A stretch of DNA of 56,488 bases from Nanobdellota archaeon. GTDB lineage: Archaea; Nanobdellota; Nanobdellia; Woesearchaeales; JAHJEM01. Position 1 is the first letter of the stretch, and every line of letters begins with the position of its first letter. The notes under the pieces are model-generated. The model was given only the letters and a program-made list of their open reading frames with translations, had not been told where the DNA came from and searched no databases. The DNA is taken from contig JBDRSD010000065.1 in NCBI GenBank assembly GCA_043825215.1, forward strand, positions 1 through 56,488, given 5' to 3'. The translations under genes and the position numbers were made by a program. This document shows, piece by piece, positions 52,331-56,488 of this stretch.

Positions 52331-52865
52331 TGCCTCCTCCTGGTTTTGGCCTTGGCTTGAATTTCTGCGGTATCAGGAATGCCTTGTCGTCGAGGGGCGT
52401 GAATTCGTCTGCTTCATCGACGAGGAGCTTTGATGCGGTCTTTCTAAAGCTCATGACTTCAAGGCGACAGCCCATGCTTTTCACGTATTTGACAAGGTCG
52501 GTGAAGTCGCCATCGCCTGAGACGAGGACGATCGTGTCAAGCTTTGGCGCCATCCGGATAAGATCCATCGCTATCCCTACGTCCCAGTCGCCTTTCTTTG
52601 CGCCGCCGTAGAATATCTGCAAATCCTTTGCCCGTATTTCGTAGCCGATCTTCGTGAGTGCGTCAAAGAATCCTTTCTCCTCCTCGATGTCTGCGCGAAT
52701 CACATAGGCAAGGGCTCTGATGAGCTGCCGTCCTGCGACTGCCCTTTTTAATATCTCGGTAAAGTTGGTCTTTTGCTGGTAGACCTGCCGTGCTGAATAG
52801 TACATGTTCTGGACGTCGACAAAGACGCCTACGCGCTGGCTTTTGTGCTTGACGATGGTTTTCAC
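52317..52865 (-). CDS. NYN/LabA-like domain protein (predicted RNase fold)
   Basis: 'RVGVFVDVQNMYYSAR' and 'IVLVSGDGDFTDLVKYV'. Confidence 0.75.
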   Translation of the reverse strand: MKTIVKHKSQRVGVFVDVQNMYYSARQVYQQKTNFTEILKRAVAGRQLIRALAYVIRADIEEEKGFFDALTKIGYEIRAKDLQIFYGGAKKGDWDVGIAMDLIRMAPKLDTIVLVSGDGDFTDLVKYVKSMGCRLEVMSFRKTASKLLVDEADEFTPLDDKAFLIPQKFKPRPKPGGGSAPA

Positions 52866-52874
52866 CCCATTTGA

Positions 52875-53036
52875 TTATTGTTTCTTGATTTTTTCCGTTA
52901 TCTTCAAGTGCTGCCTTCGGAAGAGGATGTTGCATCCCTTGCAGAAGAACAGGTACGTGTCATTCCCTTTCACATCAGAAAGGCATATCGGGCATCCCTG
53001 CTCGATGGTCTCGATGATGGTTGTTTCAAGTCTCAT
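52875..53036 (-). CDS. 53-aa zinc-ribbon protein (not in the ORF track)
   Basis: My own translation is MRLETTIIETIEQGCPICLSDVKGNDTYLFFCKGCNILFRRQHLKITEKIKKQ*. It has two CxxC pairs and ends 9 nt upstream of the NYN gene's start. Confidence 0.4.
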   Translation of the reverse strand: MRLETTIIETIEQGCPICLSDVKGNDTYLFFCKGCNILFRRQHLKITEKIKKQ

Positions 53037-53075
53037 CGAATAGTCTTCAATCTTCCCCTCTTTAAATAGTTAATG

Positions 53076-53097
53076 AAAAAAAAAAGAGAAAAAAAAT
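53076..53097 (-). terminator. Oligo-T terminator (minus strand)
   Basis: The minus strand reads TTTTTTTCTCTTTTTTTTTT immediately after the stop of 53098-53439. The same motif recurs at 54653-54670. Confidence 0.5.
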
Positions 53098-53439
53098 TTA
53101 TCTGCAACGCCCACCCATACAAGTCCACGAGGAATTGAGTTGTGAACAGTTCTGTTGTGTTGAATTTGGAGAATTCCCAGTGCAGAACCACTCGTTCAGG
53201 AACCCGTTATTCAGGCAGAAATCAGGGTAGTTATAGAATGTTCCATTGTAGAGTCTTCCACTGACATTGCCATAGACCTGATAGTTCTGTCCTCCGTCGC
53301 TGTCAAAGCATGTCGAATCGTACCCTCCACCGCCGCCACCTGGCGCCCGTACTGCTTGAGACGCTTGTCCGGTGTTGCTACAGGCACTGATCAGAAATGC
53401 CACAACAAAAATGCTTCCAAAAAACAAAACATATTTCAT
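53098..53439 (-). CDS. Lipobox lipoprotein with one Cys-rich 'CxD(S/T)DGG' module
   Basis: 'MKYVLFFGSIFVVAFLISAC' (lipobox L-I-S-A-C), a Gly run, then 'CFDSDGGQNYQVYG...DFC...EWFC...NC...C..GRC'. Internal ATG at 53439. Confidence 0.7.
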   Translation of the reverse strand: MKYVLFFGSIFVVAFLISACSNTGQASQAVRAPGGGGGGYDSTCFDSDGGQNYQVYGNVSGRLYNGTFYNYPDFCLNNGFLNEWFCTGNSPNSTQQNCSQLNSSWTCMGGRCR

Positions 53440-53536
53440 GTTTTCACCTTTTAATGGTTGTTCGAGTATCTTTCTGGTTAAGGATATATATATTTCGGTT
53501 TCGCGCAAAAAAGAGGAAAAAAATTATGAAAAAGAT

Positions 53537-54577
53537 TCAGATGCACCTTCCCCACTGGCAGTGTGTTGTCAGGTTGCCAAGGCAGCTCACGTTTGCTGTA
53601 TACGCAGAGGTGCCCACGCAATAGTTTTCCTGAAGGGTAAGATTTGTCAGGCAGGTGTCGCTGTAGTTGTAGTAGTTGTTGTAGTTCCACCCGTAGGTGA
53701 AACCAAAGTTGTAGATGTCATACCCGCCATCTGTTTCTGCGCAGGAGTTTGGCGTGTTGTTCACAAAGAGGTTTTCAATTCGCAGTTCGCTTGCCAATTC
53801 TCCATCATATGCCTGTGCGACTATTGTTGCTGGTCCCTGGTAGTCATAGGTATTCACGATGCTATTGTATGGTGGCGTGTAATCCCATGTTGTCCCTTTC
53901 CAGATGCCGTTCTCGTAATAGCTCATATTCACATATTGAATGGTCGAGTTGCCGTCAGGGTCGTATGCCCACGCGGTGAAGGTGATGATGCCTCGGGGCT
54001 CTGTCCAGGTGATATCGTAGACGACTGGTGCATGGTTGGTCTGGTTGGTCTCGTTGACAACGCAGCGTCCTGCCACACAGTTGTCTCCTGCATTGCAGTT
54101 CATGTTATTATATTGTGCCTGGGTTCCGCTGCAGTACCACTCCTTCACCTGGATTGGTGAGTTGCACGTATCTGGATTAGTGTACGGGTTCCCGCCAGCA
54201 TATCCAGTGACCTGCCCGAAGGTGTATGGGTATTGTCCGCCGTCAGTGTCGCTGCACGAGTCTGGAGTCTGGTTCAGGACACACGCACCCATATTGCAGA
54301 CGTAGTTGCCCATGTTCTGGCAGTTGTAGTTGACGGATTTCGGGTTTCTTCCCTGGCAGTACCATTCGGTGAGCGTTGCCGTGTTCTGGCAGTAATCAAA
54401 GTACTGGTAATTGCTGTTGTTCGACAGGTTGCCATAGACTGAGCCAAACACAGGATAATTGAGCCCTCCGTCGGTGTCATCGCAGGTGAGATAGCGGACA
54501 CGAGCGTTTGAGGGTATTGCTTGCACTAAAGATAGTGTCAGGCTCAAAAGAATTATTCCAAGTATCAATTGTTTCAC
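53537..54577 (-). CDS. Secreted protein with three Cys-rich 'CxD(S/T)DGG' modules and a central beta-rich domain
   Basis: Signal peptide 'MKQLILGIILLSLTLSLVQA'. Modules begin 'CDDTDGG', 'CSDTDGG' and 'CAETDGG'. Many NxS/T sequons. GTG start preceded by GAGGTGG. Confidence 0.75.
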   Translation of the reverse strand: MKQLILGIILLSLTLSLVQAIPSNARVRYLTCDDTDGGLNYPVFGSVYGNLSNNSNYQYFDYCQNTATLTEWYCQGRNPKSVNYNCQNMGNYVCNMGACVLNQTPDSCSDTDGGQYPYTFGQVTGYAGGNPYTNPDTCNSPIQVKEWYCSGTQAQYNNMNCNAGDNCVAGRCVVNETNQTNHAPVVYDITWTEPRGIITFTAWAYDPDGNSTIQYVNMSYYENGIWKGTTWDYTPPYNSIVNTYDYQGPATIVAQAYDGELASELRIENLFVNNTPNSCAETDGGYDIYNFGFTYGWNYNNYYNYSDTCLTNLTLQENYCVGTSAYTANVSCLGNLTTHCQWGRCI

Positions 54578-54652
54578 ATAACCACCTCTGGTTGTTGTTA
54601 TGCAGGAGTATATTCTAAGAAGTACTTAATAGTTTCGTTGTACCTAAGAAGT

Positions 54653-54670
54653 AAAAAAAAGAGAAAAAAA
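54653..54670 (-). terminator. Oligo-T terminator (minus strand)
   Basis: The minus strand reads TTTTTTTCTCTTTTTTTT directly after the stop at 54672. Confidence 0.5.
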
Positions 54671-54671
54671 T

Positions 54672-55958
54672 TTAGATGCACCTGCCTCCGCTGCATCCTG
54701 TCCAGTTGCCTGTGCAGCTTGCATTGATTGATGTGGCTGTTGTTCCTGTGCAGTACCATTCGACGAGCGTCACGTTTGTCACGCAGCTGTCGTTGATCGC
54801 ATAGGGGTATCCGTTGTAGTTCCCATAGACGGTGCCAAAGACAGGAGGGTTGTATCCGCCATCGGTGTCAGTGCAGGAATTGTTCTGGGCTTGGTTTTGA
54901 ACGCATCTTCCTCCATCGCAATGATAATTTACTCCACAGAAGACATTTGTTCCTGTCGGTGTCAGATTGTTACACGTCCATTCTTTTACAGTAGTTGAAC
55001 TATAACAGCTGTCATTGTAATTGAATTCTTGACCATTAACCAAGGTGCCCCATATGTAGCCGAATGTGTAGATATTATTCCCGTCGCTGTCATTGCAGGA
55101 TCTTTGATCGAGACCTCCATGGAAATAGAATGACTCAGAATACCAGTCTCCCCAGATATCTCCATCGTTTGCTCTTGCAGAAATCTGTACTGTGCCTTCT
55201 GGCAGTCCTGTCGCGTTCCACACATAGGTAAAAACCGGTCCTTGGGTGTCGATATAGTGTTCTCCAGTGAGATTGTTGAGGAATTCAACACGCACCACCT
55301 GGTCCCCTGGATCTGGATCAGATGCTGTGGCGGTATAGGTATACACATACCACTCAGTACCCAGTTCTTGTCTAAGATCAGTTACGACCGGTGCATGGTT
55401 GCTTTGGTTCGTTTCATTCACGACACAAACACCGTTCTGGCAGTTGTCTCCTGCATTGCAGTTCATGTTGGAGTATTGCGCTGCGGTCCCGCTGCAGTAC
55501 CACTCTTTCACTTGCGTTGGTGAGTTGCACGTGTCAGGATTGGTGTACGGGTTCCCGCCAGCATATCCAGTGACTTGTCCGAACGTGTAAGGATATTGTC
55601 CACCATCACTGTCACCGCAGGAGTCTGGCGTCTGGTTGATTACGCACGCCCCGTCCGCGCAGACGTAGTTTCCCATGTTCTGGCAGTTGTAGTTGAGATA
55701 TTTTGGGGTTGTTCTCTGGCAGTACCATTCTTTCACGCTGAGTTGGCTGACACAAGAATCCCAGTTCTCATAAGGTCCTTGGTTAGTGTCCCCAAACACG
55801 CGTCCTTTCACGACAAAGTTCTGGCCTCCGTCAGAATCGATGCAGTTCAAATATTTTACTGCTGCCACTTTTGCTGCCTGTCCTGACAGGTTTTGCTCGC
55901 ACGCGACGAGAAACATACTGATTATTACGAGTCCGAAGACCAGAGAAATCGCTTTCAT
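54672..55958 (-). CDS. Lipobox lipoprotein with four Cys-rich 'CxD(S/T)DGG' modules and a central beta-rich domain
   Basis: 'MKAISLVFGLVIISMFLVAC' (lipobox L-V-A-C). Modules begin 'CIDSDGG', 'CGDSDGG', 'CNDSDGN' and 'CTDTDGG'. Internal ATG at 55958. Confidence 0.75.
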   Translation of the reverse strand: MKAISLVFGLVIISMFLVACEQNLSGQAAKVAAVKYLNCIDSDGGQNFVVKGRVFGDTNQGPYENWDSCVSQLSVKEWYCQRTTPKYLNYNCQNMGNYVCADGACVINQTPDSCGDSDGGQYPYTFGQVTGYAGGNPYTNPDTCNSPTQVKEWYCSGTAAQYSNMNCNAGDNCQNGVCVVNETNQSNHAPVVTDLRQELGTEWYVYTYTATASDPDPGDQVVRVEFLNNLTGEHYIDTQGPVFTYVWNATGLPEGTVQISARANDGDIWGDWYSESFYFHGGLDQRSCNDSDGNNIYTFGYIWGTLVNGQEFNYNDSCYSSTTVKEWTCNNLTPTGTNVFCGVNYHCDGGRCVQNQAQNNSCTDTDGGYNPPVFGTVYGNYNGYPYAINDSCVTNVTLVEWYCTGTTATSINASCTGNWTGCSGGRCI

Positions 55959-56113
55959 GCTATCACCTTCTGGGAATATGCCCATGTTCTCTTTTTCCGA
56001 TGAAGATAGTTTAAATAGTTTACTATTATCCGGTTGGTCGCTTGGAGTAACGACAAACTAAACAACCACTCTCTGTCGAAACAATTATAAATATCACTCA
56101 ACTTTTTTGTCTT

Positions 56114-56488
56114 ATGGCTATCGGGAAACGGTATGATTTCAGGTCCATTGAAAAGGAAGTCCAGGCGGTCTGGGATTCTGAGAAGGAACTGATAGACGAG
56201 AGTCTGCTCTTCCCGAAGGATAAAAAGAAGATATTTTCCTGGCTTGAGGGCCCCCCGACGGCAAACGCCCCTCCTGCGATCCATCATGTGGAAGCTCGAG
56301 TGTATAAGGATATCGTCCTGAGGTATAAGCACATGCAGGGTTTTTCAGTCCCGCGCAAGGGCGGCTGGGATTGCCATGGCCTGCCTGTTGAAGTGCAGGT
56401 GGAAAAGAAATTGAAGCTTGACCATAAGAAGGATGTCATCAAGTTCGGCATCAATAAATTCATCAATGAGTGCAAGACTGACGTCTTC
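56114..56488 (+). CDS. ileS: Isoleucyl-tRNA synthetase, N-terminal fragment (runs off the window)
   Basis: My own translation is MAIGKRYDFRSIEKEVQAVWDSEKE...FSWLEGPPTANAPPAIHHVEARVYKDIVLRYKHMQGFSVPRKGGWDCHGLPVEVQVEKKL. It matches the IleRS N-terminal pattern (GPPTAN..H..R..KD..RY..M.G..V.R..GWD.HGLP.E). The frame is open to the end of the window. Confidence 0.85.
   Translation, partial: MAIGKRYDFRSIEKEVQAVWDSEKELIDESLLFPKDKKKIFSWLEGPPTANAPPAIHHVEARVYKDIVLRYKHMQGFSVPRKGGWDCHGLPVEVQVEKKLKLDHKKDVIKFGINKFINECKTDVF

Noticed and set aside
1-56488. Search for tRNA, rRNA, CRISPR arrays, integrases and transposases
   Set aside because: I found no T-loop (GGTTCGAATCC-type) in a cloverleaf context, no regularly spaced direct repeats, and no ORF with tyrosine/serine recombinase, DDE or TnpB/RuvC-like motifs. 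For this reason the islands are not called mobile elements. tRNAscan-SE, CRISPR-finder and HMM scans should confirm this.

Overview
The window looks like an archaeal chromosomal segment. It carries archaea-specific translation and transcription genes: L7Ae-S28e-L24e-NDK, aEF-2, aEF-1alpha-S10, L21e-RpoF-DUF655, L15e, S19e-L39e-L31e, Elp3, archaeal TIM and IleRS. Genes are tightly packed, with many ATGA/TAATG start-stop overlaps and GGAGG/GGTGA Shine-Dalgarno sites. Bacterial-type extras (Lgt, a YkuD L,D-transpeptidase) and the small-genome style suggest a DPANN-like lineage, which is inference only. I recognised no rRNA, tRNA, CRISPR array, integrase or transposase by eye.

Accessory regions interrupt the housekeeping blocks:
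1. A translationally coupled minus-strand operon (about 20.6-31.5 kb) encodes a MoxR-like AAA+ ATPase, an unknown protein, an HExxH-peptidase/vWA fusion and two Hsp90-like GHKL ATPases, one of them a 1322-aa membrane and coiled-coil giant. A small PD-(D/E)xK nuclease and a small membrane protein follow. This is my best candidate for an undescribed NTPase-driven system.
2. A 4-gene island (10.1-15.4 kb) carries a third paralogous GHKL ATPase. It sits between fusA and tuf and is bracketed by two direct full-length copies of an approximately 180-nt hairpin-rich structured RNA-like element.
3. That element also occurs as two 3'-partial, nearly identical inverted copies flanking a prepilin-peptidase cassette (0.1-2.4 kb). 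A divergent GC-rich relative lies at 49.8 kb.
4. Near lgt there is a tandem family of secreted or lipobox Cys-rich repeat proteins.

All family assignments come from motifs read by eye. No database search was run.
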